A stretch of 64,000 nt of DNA from Pseudomonadales bacterium (GTDB taxonomy: Bacteria; Pseudomonadota; Gammaproteobacteria; Pseudomonadales; DC-out160). The notes beneath the pieces were generated by a model. The model worked only from the letters and a program-made list of their open reading frames with translations, had not been told where the DNA came from and searched no databases. The DNA is taken from the NCBI GenBank assembly GCA_019090455.1, contig JAHRWA010000074.1, positions 93,345 to 157,344 of the forward strand, given 5' to 3'. This document shows, in pieces, positions 1 through 9,161 of the stretch. Numbering within the stretch: the first letter of the stretch is position 1; each line of letters starts with the position of its first letter. A program made the translations under genes and the position numbers.

Positions 1-34
1 GTCAGGCCAGCCGCACTTTGTGTGGGTGGCCTTT

Positions 35-3000
35 TCATTCTTCACAATACACGCCTAAAACTGGGTGATAACACCAATCAATCACCCTTTCCTTATCCTC
101 TCGCAGACGCAGTTCACCAAATACCTTGCTAATGTACCTTCTGTTTACATTCAGCTTTTCAGCTAAATTCAAATAAATATCTTCAGCTTCTAAAGGAAAC
201 CAAGGTTGGTTTCCTTTAGCCAGAGCTATTTCTGTTGTCCTGATAACATCTGTTTCTGGATAAGTCGCGGGTTTACTCGTTTCATCTTTTTTGGACCAGT
301 AAAGATCCTCGTCTTCTTCCTCTGAATACAGGCAATACGGAGAATCAGGAGAAGATCGCCTGAAGGGCTGTCGCCTCTGCATTTCAGCACTCCATGCTGG
401 TTCGCTTACCCACCAGTGCTTGGCATAATTTTTTTCCTTATTCCCTGAACCCAGTAAACTCTGAAAGAGCGCCCACTGCTCTAGCTCTATGAAATCCAAA
501 TACTGCCCATTTTCTTTGGATAACTTCCCTTTAAGCATCCGAATACGAGGGCTTGCATTTATTTTTTGGTAGTTCTCTGGTTTTAATAATTCAACAAGAT
601 CATGGCTTTTAAAAGAACGGTTTTTAGTCTCAAAGCCGGGCTTTGCATAAGCGGGCGCGATATTTTTGAGTGCTTTATAGTTTCGAGAGAGGATGTATAA
701 GTTCTCTGTCACAGGCGTACGCTTTCGGTGTCTTTGAATTCTGCCCGCCAACTGGATAATAGAGCGCATAGAACTCGGTTCGGCAATAGCCCAGTCGTAA
801 TCATGATCCCGCCCGACCTCTGCAACAGACGTCGCTAGAACAACGAAAACCTGATGCTCTTCAGGCTGGATTGTAATGGCATCCTTAATTTCTTCTTGAA
901 GCCAGATATCTTCCTCTTTATGACGCGTTAACGCTGCATCCAACTTCTGCTCTATGTACGAACGAATGGCTAAAGGAAACTGGCTATGATAGATGCAATA
1001 ATGGATGCGGAAATTATTCTGCGGCTGAAAAGAAAACAATATTTTTGCAAGGGCAATCAGTGGATTTATATTCGCCATTCGCACGAGACCAATTGATACT
1101 TTTTTCCCGTTTGGATGTTCTTGATGATGGGCTTGATGCAGTTGATGAATACCACGGTGAATGGTGGTTGATATTACTTCAAGTGCATCATCAGGACTGG
1201 GGCATTTAACCGAAAGTAGACGTGCTCTTGTGAGTATTTGCTTTTCTTTCTCTAAATTAGCAATGCGCTTTTCAACGAAGTTCGTGTGGTGCTTTCTGAA
1301 TATGTCCCTACCACTGATCCTGGCTTCAATACATTTAAACTCATCAAACCACGCACAACAAATGGTGTCTGTTTTACCTAAATGGCCATTGACCGCGGTA
1401 AAATCCCTACGCCCTGATTGATAGGCGTCAAATAAAGCATATGCCAATGCCGGTGGCATGGTGGCAGTAGAAAGTAAAACTCGTGAACCCAGAACACCTG
1501 CCCAATTCACAAGTCGGCATAGTGCTGGCAAATCTTCCAGACCAAAATCATCAGGTTCATCAAGCACTAAATCAGAGGTTAGTAGTCGCAACATCGGAGC
1601 AATTTGCTTGCCGCCTCTGATACCTTCTGTTGCAGGTATCAGATAATCTATAGTACTCACTAAAACGGGTGCGTTGAGCATTTTTTCTAGTTTGGCATTT
1701 TGTCCCAGCCACTTCGATAACACACCATCGTTTAGCGCGCCTTTATATTGAATATATAGCTCATCAGATAATAGTGATTCTAGGGATTCGCTGCCTTTTA
1801 AAGCATTTTGTTTTAATGTTTGATTCTGCTCTTGTTTATTATTCTCATGTAGCCGCTTAACAGCTTGTGAGCCGATTAATACTGCCAGCTCTGTTTCATC
1901 CAGATTTAAACGATCCGCCAAAGCATCCCCTGTTTGCAGGGTCAACGTCCTTAAACCTAGCGCAACATTAAAACGGCAACCCTTTTTGCTACCGGCTAAG
2001 GCAATCATAATGCGGGCATTCCCTAACGTTTTTCCTTTTCCGGTAGACGCCATATTAATTCCGAAAAATCCATAATTTTCACTTGGCTCACTAAGGGATT
2101 GAGCCAAGCTGTAGGCTTTATTTTGCCAGGAAAATTTTTTAATTTTTGTTTGCTTAGTAAATTTTGTATCGTAGCCGAGCGTGGGCAACTCTTCTTTTAA
2201 TCTGGGTAATCTTCTAGCCAGAAGGTATGCATTTGAGGCGACACCGATATTATGCTCATCTAATCGTTGATTGAGTGCACCGTTGCTAGTGTTGGCAAAG
2301 CTTTTATACTCTTGATCTTGCCATTGAACGGTTTTCTCAGATGCTGAGTAATAATGATCTGAGAGCATTATTACCAACCTAGAGAGGTGCGCTGTGAATC
2401 TATTTTCAAACCAATCCTGCTGAATCAGACGATGACAATCTAATGCCTTAGACGCCAGCGTTTTAGCTTTTCTTCTCCATGTGGCACTGAGTAATGGTGT
2501 GCCATGAGGAAAGGTCCAATTATCTTTTAATGCTTGCTCATCCCATTCATCAAGGCTATTGGCGGAATTCCAAAGAGAATCAAATGACGTATCTAGCCAC
2601 TGATCAATAGATTCAAAATCAGGCGCGTTGCTCGCTTTGTCTGCGGGATAAACAGGTAATCTATGATGCGATACCACTAACCATGCTACGAGTCGCGCTG
2701 CAGGAGGAAGCTTAGCGAATGGATTGTTGCTGCCTACTGCTGGGTCTTTTACAAGTCGCTCTAACACCGTTCTCTCATATTGTTCATTGACAGTTGAAAG
2801 CGACTGTAGCCAATCTTTATCGGTTTGCTCTCCTACAAATGCTTGAAATAACCGTAAGGAAACCCATTCATGTCGATACGGCTCCCAACTTTTACCCTTG
2901 TTATTAGGGTTTAACTTGTTTTGAAAGAGAATATTAGCTTTTCCAAAGTCATGAAATAGACCTGCGATAGCTGCCAACAATGCGATCACATCTGCATTAT

Positions 3001-3319
3001 GCCAATTATTTTCTTGATGGCTTTTTATGAGATCTTTACCCGTCAAATTAACAGGTACAATTCCTTGTGAATTAAATTTAGAACGATTCCCTACTATCCA
3101 AACTAATTCTGAGCGGCTTCGACTCCTCACCCAAAAACAACTCACCGCCGTACTTTTACTCGCTGTTTTTCTCAATAGTTTTTTTACTGCCTGCAAGCCC
3201 TCTGCCGTAATTACCGTTTGCCAGGTGTTATCCCCGATGCGATTGGCGAACGCATCGAGTACGCGCCTGGTTTTATTCAAGGCTTTCTTCTCACATTGAG
3301 AAACAAAGGTGACCATCAT
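35..3319 (-). CDS. cas3: Type I-F Cas2-Cas3 fusion nuclease/helicase
   Basis: 1094 aa ORF. N-terminal ~90 aa is Cas2-like (VSQCEKKALNKTRRVLD...WIVGN). HD nuclease motif HDFGKAN and DExD box LVLDEPDDF present. Size is typical of I-F Cas2/3. Start overlaps the cas1 stop (ATGA). Confidence 0.93.
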   Translation of the reverse strand: MMVTFVSQCEKKALNKTRRVLDAFANRIGDNTWQTVITAEGLQAVKKLLRKTASKSTAVSCFWVRSRSRSELVWIVGNRSKFNSQGIVPVNLTGKDLIKSHQENNWHNADVIALLAAIAGLFHDFGKANILFQNKLNPNNKGKSWEPYRHEWVSLRLFQAFVGEQTDKDWLQSLSTVNEQYERTVLERLVKDPAVGSNNPFAKLPPAARLVAWLVVSHHRLPVYPADKASNAPDFESIDQWLDTSFDSLWNSANSLDEWDEQALKDNWTFPHGTPLLSATWRRKAKTLASKALDCHRLIQQDWFENRFTAHLSRLVIMLSDHYYSASEKTVQWQDQEYKSFANTSNGALNQRLDEHNIGVASNAYLLARRLPRLKEELPTLGYDTKFTKQTKIKKFSWQNKAYSLAQSLSEPSENYGFFGINMASTGKGKTLGNARIMIALAGSKKGCRFNVALGLRTLTLQTGDALADRLNLDETELAVLIGSQAVKRLHENNKQEQNQTLKQNALKGSESLESLLSDELYIQYKGALNDGVLSKWLGQNAKLEKMLNAPVLVSTIDYLIPATEGIRGGKQIAPMLRLLTSDLVLDEPDDFGLEDLPALCRLVNWAGVLGSRVLLSTATMPPALAYALFDAYQSGRRDFTAVNGHLGKTDTICCAWFDEFKCIEARISGRDIFRKHHTNFVEKRIANLEKEKQILTRARLLSVKCPSPDDALEVISTTIHRGIHQLHQAHHQEHPNGKKVSIGLVRMANINPLIALAKILFSFQPQNNFRIHYCIYHSQFPLAIRSYIEQKLDAALTRHKEEDIWLQEEIKDAITIQPEEHQVFVVLATSVAEVGRDHDYDWAIAEPSSMRSIIQLAGRIQRHRKRTPVTENLYILSRNYKALKNIAPAYAKPGFETKNRSFKSHDLVELLKPENYQKINASPRIRMLKGKLSKENGQYLDFIELEQWALFQSLLGSGNKEKNYAKHWWVSEPAWSAEMQRRQPFRRSSPDSPYCLYSEEEDEDLYWSKKDETSKPATYPETDVIRTTEIALAKGNQPWFPLEAEDIYLNLAEKLNVNRRYISKVFGELRLREDKERVIDWCYHPVLGVYCEE

Positions 3320-4320
3320 AGGTCGTCACCTTCTACTTTAGGCCCTTTGCTGGGATGATATTCCAAGGCGATAAGTTTGACTTGCTCAAACATAAAATCC
3401 AGTGCTTTGTGCTGAGTAAACACTTGCAGACATTGTTGACGAAACTCTTGTTCACTTGCACCCTCTTTGGCGCAAATGAAAGCCCAAGGCAAAACAAGTG
3501 TATCTTTTATTAAATCAGCGACATCAAAAACCAGTGCGCCTCGCCGAGTCTTACCATGCATAACGGCAAACCCATGAGGGATACCAAGCACCCACAGCGT
3601 AGTGGCGGCTAAGCCATAGGCTAGATAGTTGCCGTGATTGAGAAAGGCATTAGCGGTATCGGTGGATTCCCTGTCTCTGACAAAGTCACTCTGTTTGGTT
3701 TTATTTACCGCCAATTTATAAAGCTGTTTGGTGAGCAGTGCCTCTCCTTGCAATAGCTCACCGACTTTTTTGGCCTGGTCTATTTTTTTGCTGGCGTTAT
3801 CCAGTGCTCGGATGAGCTCAGGCTCATCGCTACGAAAACCTTCCATCTGTAAATCTTTGTCTTTTCCCCAGATGGTTTGCATGTATTGCAAGCGCGCTTG
3901 CTGCATTTGTTTAGCGGCGCTTAAACGTTTGTCGTCATCAAACCAGAATTGCATCCAGCCTTGCATATATTCAGTCGGGCGATATTCACTTTGTGGGGTC
4001 ATCCATTCAATTTCGGTCCCCATTAGTAGCGGTGTTCCTCCCCCGCCACTAAAACCAACAAGTACACCCGCTGACGCTAACATGCGCATAGCAGCCTGGG
4101 TGATTGAAGTACCATTACCTAACAAGATAACGGTGGTATTGGCGATGGGTATATTCCAATACTGTTTTTCAGATTTGGCGTCGGTGAGATAAAGAACGCG
4201 GCCATCCTTTTGCATCACTCGGCAGTATTCCAAGTAATAAATATTCGCACGTTTGGAGTGGAGTATGGCTTTTAGATCGGTGAGTTGTTCCATTGTGATT
4301 GTATAGATCCCTATCGGCAT
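3316..4320 (-). CDS. cas1: Type I-F CRISPR integrase Cas1
   Basis: 334 aa. N-terminus LKAILHSKRANIYYLEYCRV is characteristic of I-F Cas1. Sits immediately upstream of cas2-3 with a 4-nt overlap. The true start may be the internal Met at 4293. Confidence 0.93.
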   Translation of the reverse strand: MPIGIYTITMEQLTDLKAILHSKRANIYYLEYCRVMQKDGRVLYLTDAKSEKQYWNIPIANTTVILLGNGTSITQAAMRMLASAGVLVGFSGGGGTPLLMGTEIEWMTPQSEYRPTEYMQGWMQFWFDDDKRLSAAKQMQQARLQYMQTIWGKDKDLQMEGFRSDEPELIRALDNASKKIDQAKKVGELLQGEALLTKQLYKLAVNKTKQSDFVRDRESTDTANAFLNHGNYLAYGLAATTLWVLGIPHGFAVMHGKTRRGALVFDVADLIKDTLVLPWAFICAKEGASEQEFRQQCLQVFTQHKALDFMFEQVKLIALEYHPSKGPKVEGDDL

Positions 4321-4559
4321 TCCTTTATATAGGCCTATTCTTTAAGCCCTTCCTTTTTCACTTGGCGATAGATTACACCTAACCCCTGATATAACCCGCC
4401 CTTCAAGTCAGTTTTTCACACGCTGCGCAGTGGCGCAGCATTATTCGTAAACTTCTCACGCCCCAGAGGATGTCAGACTATCGGCACCTTTCAGCTGCAT
4501 TCAAATGTGTTTAGGCATGATAATTGTTTTAGATTCGAAATCTGCCACGCAATAACAAT

Positions 4560-5340
4560 GTTAACTATACTGGCTCCTGTAGTTGGAAAATATACCTTAA
4601 AAACGTCTTAATAATGTGGAAAACACAGCAAACTGACTACCCTCGAACACGAGCTGATTTACCTAACCATGAGCCTCGACGCACTACTGTCACCCAACGA
4701 TGCTAGGAAAACTATTGTCGAAGATCCCCCGTCAGAGCGAACTCTTACAAATCTCAGCGTGGTTTAAGTGGCTTTATCAGAAGTCACTGGAATGAAGTTA
4801 ACGAAATCATCGCGGCATCAAACGTATCTACTATAAAGACTTACGGCCTCGATCATATATTTGGCTTCTCACCTATTCCCTCTATGCCGATTGTGTCTTA
4901 TGCGGCTGGATCTCGCTACCTGTCTCTGATCGATGGCGGTTGAGCACATTAAGTTGGACAAGAAAAACTACGACCTCAAACTGGATGACAGCCATTGGCA
5001 TTCGGATTGGATTGGAGCCGTCCACCACGTCAAATGAACGGTACTTCTTTTTTCTATGCCCACACTAGCCAATGGCGTCATAAAAAAATCAACGCCAAAG
5101 AAGTGCTTTCACCTCTAGCGAATCACGACGAATATCCAGAGCATATGATTGACTGGAACGTTCGAGTTGAACGCATGGGCTGGTTACCTTCAAATCGCAA
5201 CCCACTAGAGATAGCTAGGAAAGCCAAGGCGGCTGTCCCGACGGAACCAATAAGCCCAGCAACCAACAGCAAGTACAACCTTCGGTAAAATGGGTAGACG
5301 CAAGCATCCCGACAAAAGATAAGCAGAATAACCCTCGCGT
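4560..5340 (+). pseudogene. narG: Respiratory nitrate reductase alpha subunit relic (deletions, frameshifts, nonsense codons)
   Basis: 4560-4679 translates to VNYTGSCSWKIYLKNVLIMWKTQQTDYPRTRADLPNHEPR. 4758-5288 is a single frame: ...FGFSPIPSMPIVSYAAGSRYLSLIDGG*AH*VGQEKLRPQTG*QPLAFGLDWSRPPRQMNGTSFFYAHTSQWRH...NVRVERMGWLPS. All are hallmark NarG segments, but they cover only a fraction of a ~1250-aa protein. Confidence 0.85.
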
Positions 5341-5443
5341 TAAGGCATCCACTCAACATCTCGATGGATCGTTAGAGGAGTCGCATTATTCTGCCACACA
5401 AGCTCTAGCAATTAGAGAACTACTGCTACAACGCGCAAGAGCG

Positions 5444-5644
5444 TTGGAACTGAATCATGAGTTTGAATTGGAAGATGATGAGTCAGAAGAAGAGGCCATG
5501 ATTAGTCCCTTAATCGAACAAGAAATCGAGAGATACTTGCAAGACACGATACAACGAAATAGTTTAAGCCAGTACATTCATCAGTTAACTGACGATTCTG
5601 AACTGAAAGGAATCAAATTGAATGATGGCCCTCTCACTCAATAA
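5444..5644 (+). CDS. Small acidic hypothetical protein (doubtful)
   Basis: 66-aa ORF with a TTG start and a very acidic N-terminus (EFELEDDESEEE). No recognisable motif. Lies in a decaying region, so it may be non-coding. Confidence 0.2.
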   Translation: MELNHEFELEDDESEEEAMISPLIEQEIERYLQDTIQRNSLSQYIHQLTDDSELKGIKLNDGPLTQ

Positions 5645-5873
5645 ATAACGGCACATTTAATCACAACAAAAGTCACCATTTAAAATGTCCTTCAGCTAAA
5701 TATGAGCTATACCTATTTGGCGAATTGAATTTAGCGACAGAGGGACTCCCATCTTCACCACACCAGATTACGACCCCAGTACTCCCGATGCGTACACTCA
5801 ACACATTGCTGAAGTCAACGAACAAAAGGAAGTACTCGCATCTGAAGATATAGTCAACGCTAGCGGGGCACTA

Positions 5874-7151
5874 TTGGTTTCCAAAGGAACCCCGATTAAA
5901 CGAGAGATCGCTATAAAGATCCTCAATCATAAACTCTTAAAGCCTCTAGAAAACTCCATTAACATTGAGGATGAAATAAATGCTGATAAACTTTTGAGCC
6001 GAGCTAAAGAGTTTATTAACAGCCAGAATGACCTTAAAATAATTCATGAAAAACTAAACCTCGACATTGCTTTGCGCGCGCTATGCAAACGCTATCAAAA
6101 ATACCCTATTCTTACTCAAAAAATGACGGTCCTATCCTTGCAGCTTCCCGAAGCATTTCGGAAAGGCCTATTTTGTGGTTGGCTATCAATAGTTCTGGCC
6201 AAGCAGCTAGAGTTTAACGTTGACCAAACAGAGAGTGCATTTATTGCAGGGCTTGCCCATGATATCGGTATGCTACATATCGACCCAGAGATTTTGAAAA
6301 AGGAAGATGAATACACCCCGGAAGAATGGCGCGCTATGCAAAGCCATGCGGCAATAGGACACCTCATTTTTCGCAATATACCGGGTATGTCCAAGGACGT
6401 CTCAAACGCCATATTTGAGCATCATGAAAGATCTGATGGAACGGGATATCCCAATGGAAAATTTGCCGAAAGTTTGACAAGAATAGGCAGAATCGTTGCT
6501 CTCTCCGATACGCTATACCCTATCCGTTTCAAGAATTTTGCGACGGATGGCCGATCCCTATTGGACGCCATTCCCATCATACAATTAAAACGGCCAGATC
6601 ATTTTTACGATATCTATGCTGCTCTCGCATTGGTTTGTCGCTCATCTAACCTCACGCCCAAGACTATCGTCGATGAAGAAAAGATGACTGAGTTTATCAA
6701 TAAACAACTTGCTGATACTCCGACTCTCGCCCTCGCCTGTAAAGTTATTATTGAAATTGACAATCGATTACCGGATGACGATAAACGTCAATTACTGATC
6801 GCTAGAAACCTCACCGAAAAAATCTGCTCATCCTTAAAAAAGTCGGGATTACTCAGCATAGAAATTAAACGTTGGATGGAGTATGTGAGAGATAATAAAC
6901 TGGGAGCTTATTACCAAGAAATGGAAGAAATTGCGTTAATGCAACAAGAAATGGCATGGCAAATCAACCGTGCACACCGACAATTACAACTTGTAATTAA
7001 TGATGGTGATTTAAATAAAACAATGGAGAATAAGGAAGTTTTAGAAAAACTCATCACGCAATTGGGTCTCTTAGGCAAGGGGGAACTTCCCAAGGAAATG
7101 GATACTAATCAAATTGATATGGTTGATATGGTTGATATTCTAGCAGTATAG
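5874..7151 (+). CDS. HD-GYP domain c-di-GMP phosphodiesterase (5' end uncertain or possibly disrupted)
   Basis: Motifs GLAHDIGMLH and FEHHERSDGTGYPNGK. The only canonical start is TTG at 5874, although the frame is open and protein-like from 5706. Confidence 0.85.
   Translation: MVSKGTPIKREIAIKILNHKLLKPLENSINIEDEINADKLLSRAKEFINSQNDLKIIHEKLNLDIALRALCKRYQKYPILTQKMTVLSLQLPEAFRKGLFCGWLSIVLAKQLEFNVDQTESAFIAGLAHDIGMLHIDPEILKKEDEYTPEEWRAMQSHAAIGHLIFRNIPGMSKDVSNAIFEHHERSDGTGYPNGKFAESLTRIGRIVALSDTLYPIRFKNFATDGRSLLDAIPIIQLKRPDHFYDIYAALALVCRSSNLTPKTIVDEEKMTEFINKQLADTPTLALACKVIIEIDNRLPDDDKRQLLIARNLTEKICSSLKKSGLLSIEIKRWMEYVRDNKLGAYYQEMEEIALMQQEMAWQINRAHRQLQLVINDGDLNKTMENKEVLEKLITQLGLLGKGELPKEMDTNQIDMVDMVDILAV
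7116..7138 (+). repeat. 9-bp tandem repeat (gatatggtt x2.5) in the HD-GYP C-terminus
   Basis: gatatggttgatatggttgatat encodes IDMVDMVDI. Confidence 0.9.
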
Positions 7152-7212
7152 TCCTGTACCAGAGGACGAAATTCGTCTCGATGTTAAATTGTCAGTTTTT
7201 AATGGTAGCAGC

Positions 7213-8934
7213 TCAGCCTAATACTACTCGATTACGACCTTGCTCCTTCGCTTCGTACAACGCTTTATCTGCCCTCGCAAAAGCCATTTCAATCGTATCC
7301 CCACTACGAACTTGAGTCACACCAAAAGAAACGGTTATCGGCACCCTTTCCTTTCTAAAATGAAACGGACAATTTCCAACGGCCTCTCGCAGATTATTAA
7401 TCGCTGTCATGGCAGCATCTTGATCTGTCTCCGGCATGAGAATAACAAACTCTTCACCACCAAAGCGGGCAATAAAATCAGACGATCGCAAACGACTCAT
7501 CATTTCCTTTGCAACGGCCCGCAATACCTTATCACCCGATAGATGACCATAGGTATCGTTGATTCGTTTAAATTTATCCACATCGGCTATCACCAGAGTC
7601 AGATCAAGTCCATAACGCTCACGTCTCGCTAGCTCTTTCGCGGCATACTCAATATACGCTTGGCGATTCGGTAATTGGGTTAATGCATCTCTTAGCGCTT
7701 GATCTCGCTGCTCTTCAATCGTTTCTTTTAGACGCCCGGATTCTTTCTCCATGGCTTCGAGGCGCTCACCCAGCGCATTGAGTTTATCAAGAACATCCTC
7801 TCTTTTTTCCTGTTTATCCTGTCGATACACATCGACAGTCTCGGCAATGTTATTCAGTTGATTCTGTACCAACTCTTTTAATTCACTCATCTCCGTGACT
7901 TGTCCCATGGATGTTTGAATCGAGCCAATATGCGTCTGCAACTTTTCACTTAAAATCTCGGTAGACCCGAAAGCACTATTTTGATGTTCTTTATTTTCAG
8001 CAAGAAAATGATGAATTTCCTGTAGCCGACCATTCAATGCAAAAAGAAAAGTTTCAAATTCACGTTGAGCCGCAATTCTCCCTCCCGTGACTAAGCTTAT
8101 CGCTTCACTAAGCGTTTCCGGTAATTCATCCCAGCTGATTCCCTTTTTTAATAAGGATCGAATTTTTTGCTCTCGTATCGTTAGTACTTCGGGCACATTG
8201 ATTTGATCTAATAGCGCGAGAATGATTCCTATCACTCGCTCTTTCGCTATTTGTTCTTCAAAATTTTGATTCCCACTAGAGCCTGCATCTAACTCCAGCC
8301 CATCTGTGTCCTCCTCAGCAAACTCAGTACTCAACAGTTGACTCTCTTCTTCTGCTCCATTGGCACTAGGATTGGTATTGGGACTTGGTATAAATCGCTG
8401 CCAAAAACTGCCTCCTCTTCCCCCTTCTCCATCCTCAATCAATTGCTTTAGTACATCGTCTAGTACATCACCATAATCATTAATAAGCTGTATTTGTGCA
8501 TTGCGATTTTCAACTGCATTTTGGACAGTGCGATCAACCGTTTTAATCTTACTTTTCGTTTTTCTTGAAAGTTTTTTAAGTTTGAGTGTATCCACTAGCT
8601 TTTGGTAACCCGCCGCTAAATCAGAAAAACTTTGTTGTTTTTTCTCATCCAGTTTTCTCACTGATTCTTCAATTTCAATCAGCTGCGATTCAAGTTCGTC
8701 GGTAGATACCTTCCCTCTCAAATAATTGCGAAGTTCAGATAGATGTTTATCTAAACTTAAATCCACACCATCAGCAGCCAAGCTCACCCGCACCAGGCCT
8801 CGGCGAAAAACATCTATCTGATTTTCATAATCACTTTCTTTATTTTCTAGAATTTCAAGACTGGAAAAATATTTATCTTTCCACTTTTTAATTTCTGATT
8901 GACCCGCCGTATTTTCGCTCATAATAGATAACAA
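7213..8934 (-). CDS. Diguanylate cyclase (GGDEF) with long N-terminal coiled-coil region
   Basis: Active site RFGGEEFVILMP with an upstream RxxD I-site (RSSD). The N-terminus and the position next to the EEP and dsbA-like genes resemble Pseudomonas PA5487-type cyclases. Confidence 0.9.
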   Translation of the reverse strand: MLSIMSENTAGQSEIKKWKDKYFSSLEILENKESDYENQIDVFRRGLVRVSLAADGVDLSLDKHLSELRNYLRGKVSTDELESQLIEIEESVRKLDEKKQQSFSDLAAGYQKLVDTLKLKKLSRKTKSKIKTVDRTVQNAVENRNAQIQLINDYGDVLDDVLKQLIEDGEGGRGGSFWQRFIPSPNTNPSANGAEEESQLLSTEFAEEDTDGLELDAGSSGNQNFEEQIAKERVIGIILALLDQINVPEVLTIREQKIRSLLKKGISWDELPETLSEAISLVTGGRIAAQREFETFLFALNGRLQEIHHFLAENKEHQNSAFGSTEILSEKLQTHIGSIQTSMGQVTEMSELKELVQNQLNNIAETVDVYRQDKQEKREDVLDKLNALGERLEAMEKESGRLKETIEEQRDQALRDALTQLPNRQAYIEYAAKELARRERYGLDLTLVIADVDKFKRINDTYGHLSGDKVLRAVAKEMMSRLRSSDFIARFGGEEFVILMPETDQDAAMTAINNLREAVGNCPFHFRKERVPITVSFGVTQVRSGDTIEMAFARADKALYEAKEQGRNRVVLG

Positions 8935-9161
8935 TATATTTAGCTAACTTAACGATAAACTGGATTTAACCTATTTTTACGGTAAAAAGTAACGAAGAAT
9001 AAATGCTACTCATTTTGAGTATAGGTGTAGTCAGCAATATAGGAGCAGTAAGTGAGGTTGATGATATGGGAGGTAGTCGGTGATATAGAGATAAAATCGG
9101 AAGCGATATTAAATAGGTGTTTAGAAAACAAATCCAAATTGGGCATAGTAGCCAGATTCAA

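Noticed and set aside
1-34. GGCCA...TGGCC hairpin after the cas2-3 stop as a terminator
   Set aside because: The stem is only 5 bp with a 17-nt loop, there is no T-run on the minus strand, and the structure is truncated by the window edge.
1161-3299. Plus-strand ORFs (86, 62 and 90 aa) inside cas2-3. Similar antisense or alternate-frame ORFs occur inside cas1, polA, prlC, glyS, trkH, rsmB, dnaA and others.
   Set aside because: They lie entirely within strongly supported genes on the opposite strand or in another frame. Their composition is low-complexity or Ser/Cys-rich and they have no motifs. These are typical shadow ORFs.
4321-4560. Possible CRISPR array or leader directly upstream of cas1
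   Set aside because: No 28-nt unit recurs with the expected ~60-nt period. Only one repeat-like hairpin is present (reported separately at low interest), and the sequence then runs into narG-derived coding remnants.
4941-4988. TGA read as Trp (recoding) in the narG-like frame, since two TGAs sit at conserved Trp positions
   Set aside because: TGA is a genuine stop for cas1, thrB, znuB and others in this window. A TAA also interrupts the frame, the gene has a huge internal deletion, and upstream frameshifts are present. Ordinary nonsense decay explains it.
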